DNA of 64,000 nucleotides from a virus (Duplodnaviria; Caudoviricetes): positions 1 to 64,000 of IMG/VR virus record IMGVR_UViG_3300020577_004340; one strand, 5' to 3'. A program made the position numbers and the translations under genes. Shown one piece after another: positions 1 through 11,300 of the stretch (its first letter is position 1; each line of letters opens with the position of its first letter). The notes beneath the pieces were generated by a model. It ran no database searches and was not told the origin of the DNA. It saw nothing but the letters and a program-made list of their open reading frames with translations.

Positions 1-1269
1 GGCAGAAGCCCAGATTTAGGAGATAATTCAAATCCCCCACCTGTAAAGAATCCCCCACCAGCTCCTGCACCATTATTGGGGTCAGGACAATGTTATATAC
101 CATTATATTCAGATGATGTAATAGAAACTGAGGAGATTATAACTCAAGGAATGTGGTTTACAAATGGTGCAAATGAATACGGTGAGTATGGTAATAAATA
201 TTCTGGATCATATAATATGCGATTTCACAAGGAAAGTCAGCTGCTTAATTTCAATGATACAGCCAATTATATAATAGATGTTTATAATGTTCATGATGAT
301 GAATTTCCGGAAATCTGTCGAAGTAACTATTTACAATATAAAGTTATATATGCTGATTATGATGGTCGGGGTGATATTGATTTAGGAGGGTTGGATTCAG
401 AAACAATGACAAAGGCGATGTATTCACAGTATTCAAATATTTTATTGCCAAAAAATCAGAATAAATTTATAATTAATGGTTTAGAACAAGATTATGTTTA
501 TATCATAGATATTGAACGATCTAGATATGAAAATTCTATTGACCCTGGTAACTGGCAATTTACATTATGTCAAATGGATTTTTATCAAAATCATCCAACT
601 ACTGGTTCGAATTCAGTATACGATTTAAAGGCTGGGGGTATTTATGATACAGTACCATATAGTTTTATTGATGATAGTTATGGGCAGGAAGTTCATTTTA
701 CAAATAGAGTTTACAACATAGTTCCGGGTAGATTAGAAGGAGGTCCTGACTCTCAAATACCAGCTGGTATTTTAACAAGCAGTTATTGGCCTGGAATTGA
801 TTCTATTGGATTATTTTATCCAAATCATGGTATATATGTATTATCTGGAAACTTGCTGGATACATATATGGGATTTAGAACTAACAGAAATATTCAGAAA
901 AATGGATTAAATCCATATCGTTTAATTAAATGCTTACATCTCAGTTCAGAGCAAGCAGATGCCGAAGGTTTTGATTCTTCTGGTGATGGATATGGGTTTT
1001 TATCTAGATCAATTGTCAAAAAATATAATAAAATATATTTTATTAGGGTAAAAAATCAACAATTGAATTATTCAAATAATCCAACATATCAAATTTCTGG
1101 AAGTACTGGTACAATTATAGATGGTTTTATGGGAACTGAAAAAGCATATTTTACAACAGTCGGTTTATATAATCAAAATAAAGAATTACTTGCAGTTGGT
1201 AAAGTGTCAAAAGCAACATTGTCATCAGCAACTGAGGAAACTTTATTCACAGTAAAAGTATCACTTTAA
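1..1269 (+). CDS. Virion structural protein (tail/baseplate-associated), 5'-truncated
   Basis: Frame is open from base 1. C-terminal YFTTVGLYNQNKELLAVGKV motif is shared with the next ORF. Confidence 0.6.
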   Translation, partial: GRSPDLGDNSNPPPVKNPPPAPAPLLGSGQCYIPLYSDDVIETEEIITQGMWFTNGANEYGEYGNKYSGSYNMRFHKESQLLNFNDTANYIIDVYNVHDDEFPEICRSNYLQYKVIYADYDGRGDIDLGGLDSETMTKAMYSQYSNILLPKNQNKFIINGLEQDYVYIIDIERSRYENSIDPGNWQFTLCQMDFYQNHPTTGSNSVYDLKAGGIYDTVPYSFIDDSYGQEVHFTNRVYNIVPGRLEGGPDSQIPAGILTSSYWPGIDSIGLFYPNHGIYVLSGNLLDTYMGFRTNRNIQKNGLNPYRLIKCLHLSSEQADAEGFDSSGDGYGFLSRSIVKKYNKIYFIRVKNQQLNYSNNPTYQISGSTGTIIDGFMGTEKAYFTTVGLYNQNKELLAVGKVSKATLSSATEETLFTVKVSL

Positions 1270-2994
1270 ATGGCAATACCAAGTACATTTGCATTAGTTA
1301 AGAAAAGTGATTTTGTTTTAACTCCAATTAAGGTTCATAAGAGTTATTCAATAACCGAGGTAGATACTGAAACAACTTCTAGTGGTTATGTATTACATGA
1401 AGGATATTATTCACGAGTACCTACCGCAATCGGCGCCGATAAAACAAACAATGATCCACGAAATATTACTGATAATTCATATAAACATATTATATGGAAT
1501 TCAATTAATCATAGATATTACAAACATCCATATGATTTAGGTAAGACTTTTGAAGGGTACAATAACAGATATATACATAAGACACTATACCCTTCATGTT
1601 CAATATTGTCAATACCTTATATGAAATATGGAGAAAAAATATTACCTAAATCAGTTAATCTAACAGTATTACCAAATGAGTTAAATATACAAATTAAAGA
1701 TGATGGTTATGGTAATTTATATAGGGTAGATTATGAAGAATCAGGTACATTTATACCTAGAAAGAATATAGTTGGCTATTGGGGATTTAATTCAGAATTT
1801 ACTAATTTTAAAAGTAATACCGATAAATTAATTTCGGGAAACTATAATTTCCAATCGGGACAATTTTCCAATGGAACATCAGTCGTATCAAATATTCAAT
1901 ATGTTCCTGGTGTGGCTAGTGGGTCTGAAGGTAATTATGGACTTGGTATTAAAACAAATGGAACATCATCGTTTGTATTAACTCCAGACCGTCCAGAATT
2001 TAATTTCGATAATTCAGACGAATTTAATATTAGTTTTTGGGTATATTCGTCAAATGATACTGGGTATAAACCATTAATTACAAAAAGAGGAACTAAATTT
2101 ACCAATAATCTAGGGGTGAATCCAAAAACAGTTGGTTCAGGACAAGTAACTGATTCATTACATGTTAGTAGTTCGTATATTGATACATATGTTGATATGA
2201 GTAATCCATATGGTGTATATCCATATGAATTTGTTATGATAGATTCTGATGTTGAATTTAGAAGATGTGATGGGATTAAATTGTTTTCTTTAGCTGCAAC
2301 AACAATACCTAATCAATGGAATCATTTTTCAGTTACTCGTTTTTGGGATTCGATTGATAATTGTTTCCGAATTGCTCTATTTTTTAATGGAGTGTTATGG
2401 GATACCGATATCGACCCAACAGACAATCCAATTAATACCAATGCAATTTTATTTGGTAATTACAATCAATTACCTTTCCCATCTAATGATTTCGAGTATG
2501 CTCCAGTTATAATGGATGAAATTTATATATGTAATAGTTCATTTTATTCTGGAGATAATAATGGAATAACATCATCATCTTTTCATACGAATTTAAATTC
2601 ACAAATTAGTATTTATAATACACCTATTGTTGGTAATGTATTCTATCGTCAGGGGGTGATTGTATTAAATCAAAGAGACGAAACTGATTTTACAGCATTA
2701 TTGAATTATCCATTTAATTTAGAATATAAAGGAACACACACTATATATCAATATGATGTATTATGTAGAATAAAGAAAGGTGATTTCAATTTATCATTAA
2801 ATCCATCAGCCAGAAAATCAGCTAAATCAGATATGATTTTAGATGATATGACAGGGTCATTGTTAGCACCATATGCAACTTCAATTGGGTTGTATAATGA
2901 TAAAAATGAATTATTAGTGATAGGAAAATTAGGTCAAGCTATTCAAATGCGAGAAGATGTTGACATTAATATAGTTGTTAGATGGGATATATAA
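1270..2994 (+). CDS. Virion structural protein with LamG/concanavalin-like domain
   Basis: IVGYWGFN, FNISFWV, NQWNHFSVTR, IALFFNG and MDEIYI LamG motifs. C-terminal PYATSIGLYNDKNELLVIGKL is paralogous to ORF1. Confidence 0.7.
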   Translation: MAIPSTFALVKKSDFVLTPIKVHKSYSITEVDTETTSSGYVLHEGYYSRVPTAIGADKTNNDPRNITDNSYKHIIWNSINHRYYKHPYDLGKTFEGYNNRYIHKTLYPSCSILSIPYMKYGEKILPKSVNLTVLPNELNIQIKDDGYGNLYRVDYEESGTFIPRKNIVGYWGFNSEFTNFKSNTDKLISGNYNFQSGQFSNGTSVVSNIQYVPGVASGSEGNYGLGIKTNGTSSFVLTPDRPEFNFDNSDEFNISFWVYSSNDTGYKPLITKRGTKFTNNLGVNPKTVGSGQVTDSLHVSSSYIDTYVDMSNPYGVYPYEFVMIDSDVEFRRCDGIKLFSLAATTIPNQWNHFSVTRFWDSIDNCFRIALFFNGVLWDTDIDPTDNPINTNAILFGNYNQLPFPSNDFEYAPVIMDEIYICNSSFYSGDNNGITSSSFHTNLNSQISIYNTPIVGNVFYRQGVIVLNQRDETDFTALLNYPFNLEYKGTHTIYQYDVLCRIKKGDFNLSLNPSARKSAKSDMILDDMTGSLLAPYATSIGLYNDKNELLVIGKLGQAIQMREDVDINIVVRWDI

Positions 2995-3051
2995 TGAAAA
3001 AATACAAGTTAAATATAATTTAGAAATTGAAATTCAAAAATAAGGTATAGT

Positions 3052-3228
3052 ATGGATGCTAGACAAAAATATAAACTAAAAATAGATTCAGCAAAATTAT
3101 TGGTTCAGATATATACATTAATGTTAAAGAGAGTTGATGAAATGGATAGTGATAAAAAACAACGACTTACTGACCAAATATTACAGATACAGAATAAAAG
3201 AAACCGAATTAATTCACAAATAAAGTAA
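3052..3228 (+). CDS. Small hypothetical protein (58 aa, helical), not in ORF track
   Basis: ATG 3052 to TAA 3228 (MDARQKYKLKIDSAKLL...), AAGGT upstream, fills the gap. Confidence 0.5.
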   Translation: MDARQKYKLKIDSAKLLVQIYTLMLKRVDEMDSDKKQRLTDQILQIQNKRNRINSQIK

Positions 3229-3230
3229 TT

Positions 3231-3677
3231 ATGAGTCATTGGATATATCAAGATAAAATAATTGAAGATTTACCAATAGGTATAGTTGGATTTGTGTATA
3301 AAATTACTAATATTGAGACTGGTAAAATGTATATTGGTAGAAAATATGCCACCTCTAGAAAAAGAAAGGCATTAACTAAAGCACAAAAAATATCTGGCAG
3401 GAAACGTAAAGATGTAATTGTCACTGAAAGCAATTGGGCAACATATACCGGTTCAAATAAGTATCTAAATTCAGAAATTGAAGCATTGGGTAAAGATAAA
3501 TTTAAGTTTGAAATTTTATATTTTGGAAAAACTAAAGGGGTCGTAAATTACATTGAAGAAACATTGCATCACAAATTGGATGTGATATTGAATGAAAATT
3601 ATTATAACGAATGTATTGGTCCAAGAAGATTTATGGCATTACGGTATAATAAAGAATTACAAGGATTATTACTATGA
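3231..3677 (+). CDS. GIY-YIG nuclease
   Basis: GFVYKITN...KMYIGRK, Y-x-GS, EILY, conserved E and YYN. Confidence 0.8.
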   Translation: MSHWIYQDKIIEDLPIGIVGFVYKITNIETGKMYIGRKYATSRKRKALTKAQKISGRKRKDVIVTESNWATYTGSNKYLNSEIEALGKDKFKFEILYFGKTKGVVNYIEETLHHKLDVILNENYYNECIGPRRFMALRYNKELQGLLL

Positions 3678-4162
3678 AATTAATTACAATATTAAATAAA
3701 ATAGTAGAATCCGGAATTATTGCGTATGGAGTTAATAAAATAGTTGAATTGACTAAGAACTATATTAAAGATAATAATCCAGATTTAATTACACAATTAA
3801 AAGAGATGTTAATTTATGATACCGATTACAAATCATTATTAACTGAAAAATATAAAAATAATTCAATTTTGTATAGGGGAATTGGAGGAAAAGGGCCACG
3901 ACCATCTATAGACGAAATATTATTTACAGAGAAAGAACAATTATACAAATCTACTACTAAATCATATGATATCGCAAAAAAATATGCGTTGTCCGATAAA
4001 CCATCCTGGTCTTACATAATACAATATAATACAAATCCTAATACAATAATTTTGGATATCGATTTGTATAATACTCTACACAATGTAAATATTAAGAACG
4101 AGGAAGAGGTAATAATTAATATTCACGAATGTGTATCTTTAGAAATAATAACTGTTAAATAA
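3674..4162 (+). CDS. ADP-ribosyltransferase, R-S-E clade (Alt/Mod-like)
   Basis: LYRG, STTKSYDIAKKYA and NEEEVII catalytic motifs. N-terminal MKLITILNKIVE propeptide-like segment. Confidence 0.7.
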   Translation: MKLITILNKIVESGIIAYGVNKIVELTKNYIKDNNPDLITQLKEMLIYDTDYKSLLTEKYKNNSILYRGIGGKGPRPSIDEILFTEKEQLYKSTTKSYDIAKKYALSDKPSWSYIIQYNTNPNTIILDIDLYNTLHNVNIKNEEEVIINIHECVSLEIITVK

Positions 4163-4212
4163 TTTGGATATTTGAGATTTTTTTTGTATTATGTTATACA
4201 AATGAATATATT

Positions 4213-5175
4213 ATGACTGAATTGGTTCCATTATTGGAAATGGTTCTTGGGGAAAGTGTTGAAAAAAACAAAAATAATTATGCCTTTACATGCCCATTTT
4301 GCCATCATTATAAAAAGAAATTAGAGGTTAATATTCGAAATTCTATGTGGAATTGTTGGGTATGCCAAGCAAAAGGCAAACAGATAATACATTTACTCAA
4401 GAGATTGAATGTATCCAACGCCACACTTGAATTATATAGAAAGATAGTACCGTCAGAATCTTTATTCACTGAATATAAGAAAAAAGATTCACTTGATAAT
4501 TTATTTGATACTGAAGTTAATGATATAATTACTCGTGTAAATTTACCAAAAGAATATATTCCATTATACGAGCCATCCAAAAATTTTTATTATAAAACAT
4601 GTATTAATTACCTATCAGACCGCGGTGTGTTTATAGATGATATTTTTAAATACCGTCTAGGTTATTGTATTGATGGTTTATACGCTGGAATGATAATATT
4701 TCCAAATTATAATTCCGATGGAGTATTGAATTTCTTTTCTAGTCGTTCATACATGCGAGGCTCAAACACAAAATTTAGAAATAATGATATATCTAGAAAT
4801 GTAATTGGGTTTGAATTACAGATATCACCATCTCAACCACTAATATTGGTGGAATCGGCTTTGGATGCTATTGTAATTAAACGCAACGCTTCACCATTGT
4901 ATGGTAAACAATTATTATCTTCCATTAAAGAATATTTATTAATAAACGAGGTAGAGGATGTGTATATATGCTTAGATGCCGATGCACTTCAAGACACTAT
5001 TGCTATTTCAGAATATTTAATTAACAATGGAATAAATATTTATTTTGTAAAATTACCCGATGACGAAGACCCAAATTCATTGGGTTATACGAAAATGTGG
5101 CAATTGATTGAAAGTACACCAAGATTAGAATTGGGTGATTTATTTACAACAAAAATTCAGAAGTTATTATGGTAA
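4213..5175 (+). CDS. DNA primase (Zn-binding + TOPRIM)
   Basis: CPFC...CWVC zinc knuckle, LVESALDA, ICLDADA and DEDPN TOPRIM motifs. Confidence 0.85.
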   Translation: MTELVPLLEMVLGESVEKNKNNYAFTCPFCHHYKKKLEVNIRNSMWNCWVCQAKGKQIIHLLKRLNVSNATLELYRKIVPSESLFTEYKKKDSLDNLFDTEVNDIITRVNLPKEYIPLYEPSKNFYYKTCINYLSDRGVFIDDIFKYRLGYCIDGLYAGMIIFPNYNSDGVLNFFSSRSYMRGSNTKFRNNDISRNVIGFELQISPSQPLILVESALDAIVIKRNASPLYGKQLLSSIKEYLLINEVEDVYICLDADALQDTIAISEYLINNGINIYFVKLPDDEDPNSLGYTKMWQLIESTPRLELGDLFTTKIQKLLW

Positions 5176-8100
5176 TTGATAAAATATATCATATTGCAGA
5201 TGTTCATATACGAAATTTAAAGAGGCATCGTGAATATAAAATAGTCTTTGATAGATTATTTGAATATATCAAGTCAACGAAGACGGAAAATTCAATTATT
5301 TATCTGGCTGGGGATATAGTACATTCTAAGAATGAAATGTCACCTGAATTGATACGCTTAGTATCATATTTCTTAAAAGGGTGCACACAATTATTACCTA
5401 CAGTCTTGATTATTGGAAATCATGATACTAATTTAAATAATGAAACTAGGTTAGATGCACTTACACCAATTGTTGATAATTTAAATTTATCCAATTTATA
5501 TTATTGGAAAGACAATGGAGTATATGAATTAGGAGGCGTTCATTTTTCAGTATTTTCAATATTTGCAAATCCAGATGAATGGATTAAGGCGAGTGATATT
5601 ATAGGAAATTACAAAATAGCATTACATCATGGAGCAGTTAACTCGGCAATTACTGATTTAAAGCACGTCATCAATAATGAGTATGTTAATACAAATGTAT
5701 TTAATGGGTTCGATTTAACTTTATTAGGAGATATACATAAAAGACAATTTTTAGATGAAAATAATACAATTGCATATCCAGGTTCGTTGATACAACAAAA
5801 TCATGCGGAGCTATTAGACCATGGTATTTTAGTTTGGGATTTAAAAACAAAGAAATCGGAATATGTGCCAATTAAAAATGATATTGGTTACGTAACAGTT
5901 GACATTGACAATGGTAAAATTGTTACCCCGAAAGAAGTTATAACGAACTATCCTGAAAAAATTAGATTGCGTTTACGTTATACAAACACACAACAAAAAG
6001 ATTTAAACAAAATAATAGATATTTTTAAAAAGAAATATTCAATTATAGAAATTTCATTACAGAAATCTCACGGTAATGAAATAAGTCAATATCATAATAC
6101 AACTAATATCGGTGATGTTCGTGATATAGAATTTCAAAATAATTTAATAACAGAATATCTAACAAAAATTGATGTTAATAAAACTATTGATATTGATAAA
6201 ATACGTCATATCAATCGTGTTATGAATAGCAAATTAATATTAGATGATGTTGTGATACGAAATGTAATTTGGCGACCATTAAAATTCTCTTTTTCCAACA
6301 TGTTTTCTTATGGTGAGGGAAATGTGTACGATTTTAATAAGAGAGGGGTTCAAGGAATTTATGGAAGTAATGCTATTGGTAAATCATCTTTGTTGGATGC
6401 AATTACATTTTGTTTATATGATAAATGTACTAGAACATTTAGAAGTTCGGATATAATTAACAATAAAAAGAATACATTTAAATGTAAATTGAATTTCATA
6501 CTGGATGAAGTTGAATATATTATAGAGAGAATTGGGGAAAGAAATAAAAGAGTGCCTGAAAATGTTAAAGTCAATGTTAATTTTTGGAAAGTAGGCGAAG
6601 ATGGGGAATTAATATCATTAAATGGTCAGGATAGAGACCAAACTAATAAAGTAATTCGTTCATATATTGGTACATATGACGACTTTTTATTAACGGCATT
6701 GTCATCACAAAATGATAGTAAGAATTTTGTATTTAAATCACAACGAGAACGGAAGGATTTATTGAATTCATTTTTAGGAATTTCAATATTCGATTCATTA
6801 TACAATCTTACTAGAAATGAAATAAAAGGTAAACGAGAATATTTGAAAATGTTGGAAATTGATTTAGGCTCAACGAACCATATCGATTTATTAAGTTCAA
6901 TTGAAAACACAAATAGTAAATTCCAACAGTACTCATCATCGTTTAATGATTATGAAAATACGGCAACTAAATACAATGATAAAATATTAGAATTGACTAA
7001 TAAAATTAATCCTAATATTCAATTAATTGATAGTCACAAATTAAATATTGATATTGATACAAATAATTCAAATTTAGTAACTAAAGAACAAGAATTAGCA
7101 ACTCAAATTGAATTATTGCAACGATACGTTTCTGAACAAAATATGTTTGAAGTATTATTGAGTTCATATGATAAATCTAATTTACTGTTAAGTAAAAACA
7201 AGTTAGATGAACGAACTAGTAAATTTGTTGAATTGGATGGGAAGCGTTTAGTATTGGAAAGTAAAATTGAATCTTTACAAACAGAAATAACTAAATTAGA
7301 GAATCATAAATTTAATCCGGACTGTGAATTTTGCATTCAGAATGAATTTGTTAAATCAGCTCAACGTGCATCGATACAATTACCAATTACTATTAAAGAA
7401 CATTTTACATTAAAAAATGATATCAATTCAATTAGTGTTGAAATAACATCTTTAAAGGAAGACGAAGCTAAATTAAATGAATTACTTCAACTTGAAACTA
7501 ATATTATTACTAATAGACATAATATTGTAATTACAGAGAATAAAATTGATTCTTTAAAGAAAGATTTGAAACGTCTAGAATCAAAACATATTGAATTGAA
7601 TAATTTATTAAATAAATTCGAATTACAAAAAAAGGAAATTGAACTTAATAATAGATACACAACAGAAATTTCGGAATTAAATCAGTCGTATGTAAAAATT
7701 AAAGAGAAAGTAAAAACTACACATGCGTCAATGATTGATTTAAATTCTAGTCTAATAACATTACAAAATCAATATTCGGCATTTAAAGAAAAACAAGCAA
7801 AATTAACAGAAGTTTGGAAAGAAATTGAATCGTATGATTATTATTTACAGGCGATATCGAAAGATGGGGTGCCGTATTTATTATTGGAAAAAATATTACC
7901 AGTTATAGAAATTGAAGTGAATACAATATTAAATCAATTGGTAGATTTTACAGTAACATTATCAACTGATGATAAAAATAATATTAATTGTTATTTGTTG
8001 TATGGAACAAGTGATAAATGGCCTGTAGAATTATCTTCTGGAATGGAAAGATTTGTCGTATCGATTGCCACTAGAATAGCATTAATTAATATTACAAGTT

Positions 8101-8321
8101 TACCAAGACCAAATTTTTTAGCAATTGATGAAGGTTTTGGAGTAATGGATTCAGATAATGTTAACTCATTAAATCAACTATTTGATTACTTGAAAACCCA
8201 ATTTGATTTCATTTTAATAATCACACATATTGATGCGATGAAAGATTTCGTTGATGATATGATATATATAACTAAAAACACAACAGGGTTTTCACAAATT
8301 GGGAAAGAGCAGGTGTCATGA
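5169..8321 (+). CDS. Fused Mre11/SbcD phosphoesterase and Rad50/SbcC ATPase (gp47-gp46-like)
   Basis: HIADVH, AGD, GNHD, LGDIH nuclease motifs; Walker A GSNAIGKSS; coiled coil with CEFC hook; SSGMERF signature; Walker B AIDEGFG; IITH. Confidence 0.9.
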   Translation: MVIDKIYHIADVHIRNLKRHREYKIVFDRLFEYIKSTKTENSIIYLAGDIVHSKNEMSPELIRLVSYFLKGCTQLLPTVLIIGNHDTNLNNETRLDALTPIVDNLNLSNLYYWKDNGVYELGGVHFSVFSIFANPDEWIKASDIIGNYKIALHHGAVNSAITDLKHVINNEYVNTNVFNGFDLTLLGDIHKRQFLDENNTIAYPGSLIQQNHAELLDHGILVWDLKTKKSEYVPIKNDIGYVTVDIDNGKIVTPKEVITNYPEKIRLRLRYTNTQQKDLNKIIDIFKKKYSIIEISLQKSHGNEISQYHNTTNIGDVRDIEFQNNLITEYLTKIDVNKTIDIDKIRHINRVMNSKLILDDVVIRNVIWRPLKFSFSNMFSYGEGNVYDFNKRGVQGIYGSNAIGKSSLLDAITFCLYDKCTRTFRSSDIINNKKNTFKCKLNFILDEVEYIIERIGERNKRVPENVKVNVNFWKVGEDGELISLNGQDRDQTNKVIRSYIGTYDDFLLTALSSQNDSKNFVFKSQRERKDLLNSFLGISIFDSLYNLTRNEIKGKREYLKMLEIDLGSTNHIDLLSSIENTNSKFQQYSSSFNDYENTATKYNDKILELTNKINPNIQLIDSHKLNIDIDTNNSNLVTKEQELATQIELLQRYVSEQNMFEVLLSSYDKSNLLLSKNKLDERTSKFVELDGKRLVLESKIESLQTEITKLENHKFNPDCEFCIQNEFVKSAQRASIQLPITIKEHFTLKNDINSISVEITSLKEDEAKLNELLQLETNIITNRHNIVITENKIDSLKKDLKRLESKHIELNNLLNKFELQKKEIELNNRYTTEISELNQSYVKIKEKVKTTHASMIDLNSSLITLQNQYSAFKEKQAKLTEVWKEIESYDYYLQAISKDGVPYLLLEKILPVIEIEVNTILNQLVDFTVTLSTDDKNNINCYLLYGTSDKWPVELSSGMERFVVSIATRIALINITSLPRPNFLAIDEGFGVMDSDNVNSLNQLFDYLKTQFDFILIITHIDAMKDFVDDMIYITKNTTGFSQIGKEQVS

Positions 8322-11300
8322 TCCAGAATCAGAAGTTTAGTTCCAACATATCAGAGTTTAAAAGGAATATTCCATATCGAGATGCTTCAGTGTCATCGGA
8401 TAGTTATTTTCGTCTATTTGACGTACCTTCAAGATTATTTTTAGGTAAAAATTCATTTAGAATTCGAATAAATAAAGATTATGTTGCACCTAATTCACTG
8501 ATATACATTGACATATTAGATTCTACAGGTAAGCCAATATATCATGAAATATCATCATATTTAGGTGAAGACGATTCTAGATTGGTTGTTGTTAACATTT
8601 ATGAGAATACCCCACCAGGGGAAGCCACTATAATGATTGCTGGCAGAATAACTTATAATGTTGGTACCAAGCAATCATTACCGTATAATAATGATGAAAC
8701 AAGTTTTGATTTTAAAGACATCCCAAATCTTCTTTGGGAAAAAAAGGTATTGGTTGTACCAACTGTACAAAATCTAGAGGAAATTGTATATTTTGCACCA
8801 CCAAATATCAATTATAAAGAGCGTACCGAAGTATTCAATAGATTACCATTATTGAATAGTCGTTATGTGAATTTCAGTGGAAGTGCAACAGCATCTATTT
8901 CATTGAAATCTACAATCAATCCATACCAATATTCAAACTCAAGTAAATTTAATACTTCCAGAGAAGTTGATAGGTTTGTTAAAGATGTAGATCCAGAATA
9001 TACTGGTGATTACTTAGTGAGCAAGCAAACGCAATTACCTAAGTATTCAGAGTTATCCACAATATTTGCAAGTGGATTTGAATTCATTCCAAGTATGGTT
9101 GGTGGACAATTAGTTATTAGAAATATCAATGATTTCTTATTAGTGCCATCTAGTAGTGTATCAAGTATAATTCCAGACTTTTCATGTAGTATCATTGAAA
9201 TTTTGGATAAAACTACTGCTAAAATTGATAATGGATTTTATGCACAAGTGGATGGAATTTCTTACACTAGTATATTAAATGCAACTAATTTCACTGCATC
9301 ATATTATACAAAAGATGTAACAATACAATCCCAATATTCAGAATCATTTTTGGAATTGCAATTTAATCAACTTGAACCAGTTGCTGGAATAGTAGATACA
9401 GTTAAATTATCATATAAAAGTTTTGGATCATTTGGGGATTTTACTACCATTGGTGAATTTGCCATTAAAGAACAAAACATTCTAGTTGATTCATCATCTA
9501 TTGTACCAACAAAATTAGAGATAATTGAAAAACCAATTGGCCAACTAGATGATTGGACTGAATATTCTACGTATTGGAATATTTACAAAAATCCAAATTT
9601 CGACTTATATTACAACTTCAGTCAGTCAATATCATTTGAAAGTGGTGTATCGTTAATTTTCACGGCTTCTGCTGCATTATCTACTGAAAATGGATACTTA
9701 GTGTATACTAATCTAAAAAATGCCTTTAGACCTATTGTAAATGAGAATACTGAATATAAATTGGAAATATCCGCCAGGGTACATCAAAGACCAACTTCAT
9801 CTTTAATTGATGATGCTAGGATAAGCCAGATTGATGTATACATTTCTGGATCAAGTGTTATCAGTGATATAGTACATCAGCCTAATATAATGGCACCAAT
9901 TAAAAGTGATTCTTTTGGTTCGTATATAGGTAGTATTACTAACAATACTGGTAATACACAATTAAATTCCAAGCTGTATTTTAAAACATTATCAACAGCA
10001 AATATAACACCAACATTTGTTGTAAGATCTGGGCAATTTTGGGAAATCAAAGATATCAAACTAATACCTAGAAATGAATCTGGGTATAGCCCAAATCAAG
10101 CTAAATTACAAGTTCCATTAAATACATTCAAGACCAATACTGAACTAATTCTTAAAGCAGAATATCTAAATTCAGCTGGTAGAAAGAGCGAATATGAAAC
10201 TAGATTGATTGGTGTTAATTTTACTGGTTCTGGAATCAATCAAATTTTACGAGAAAGTAATATCATTTCTGGTTCTGAACAAGTGCGTGATATACTTCAA
10301 GGTGATGGTGCTACATACATAACACTGAGGGATCAACATGGAGATCCATCCCCATTACCTGGAACTGTTCAAATATATAATAGTGGATCAGTTATATACT
10401 ATCAAGATGAAACTGGGTCTAAATATCCATTAGGTGGACCAGCATCAGGTAGTGGTGGAACTGATTGGTCAGCATCAGGTAGTGGTGGAACTGATTGGTC
10501 TGCAATGACTAACAAACCAGCTGGATTAGTTTCTGGATCTAGTCAGTTGGCATCTGAAATTTCTGGGGCATTTACTTTAGTATCAGCAAGTCTTTCAAGT
10601 GATAAACTAAATAAAATTGGAAGTGGTGTATATTCAAGTTCTACACAATTACCTTCTGGAATTATTAGTTCTAGCACCCAATTACCAGCTAATTTGTTAT
10701 CAAGTTCGGTACAAATAGCTTCTGATATTTCAGGTGCATTTACACTAGTGTCTGCATCACTAGCTTCCGAAAAACTAAACAAAATTGGTAGTAATGTGTA
10801 TTCAAGTTCAACACAACTACCATCAGGTATAATTTCATCATCAGCTGGATTTTTAAGTTCGAGTGCTCAAATTGCATCTCAAATTTCTGGAGCCTTTACA
10901 AGCGTATCAAGTTCACTAGCTTCAGAAAAATTAAATAAAGTAGGTAGCAATGTTTATTCAAGTTCTAATCAATTACCAAGTGGTTTAATATCAAGTTCAG
11001 CTGGTTTATTGAGTTCGTCAGCACAGATATCAAGTGATATTTCTGGGGCATTTACATTGGTATCATCAAGTCTTGCAAGTGAAAAATTAAATAAAGTAGG
11101 AAGCAATGTATATTCTAGTTCCAATCAATTACCTTCTGGAATTATAAGTAGTTCAGTTGGATTTTTAAGCTCATCAGCACAAATATCTACTGATATATCA
11201 GGAGCATTTAATTCAATATCTAGTAGTCTAGCTTCTGAAAAATTAAATAAAGTAGGAAGCAATGTATATTCTAGTTCCAATCAATTACCTTCTGGAATTA

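Noticed and set aside
4163-4194. Further host-type promoters before primase, 55546 and ssb
   Set aside because: TTTG is present but the -7 element matches TAnnTTTG only partially; may be a middle-promoter class, too weak to call.
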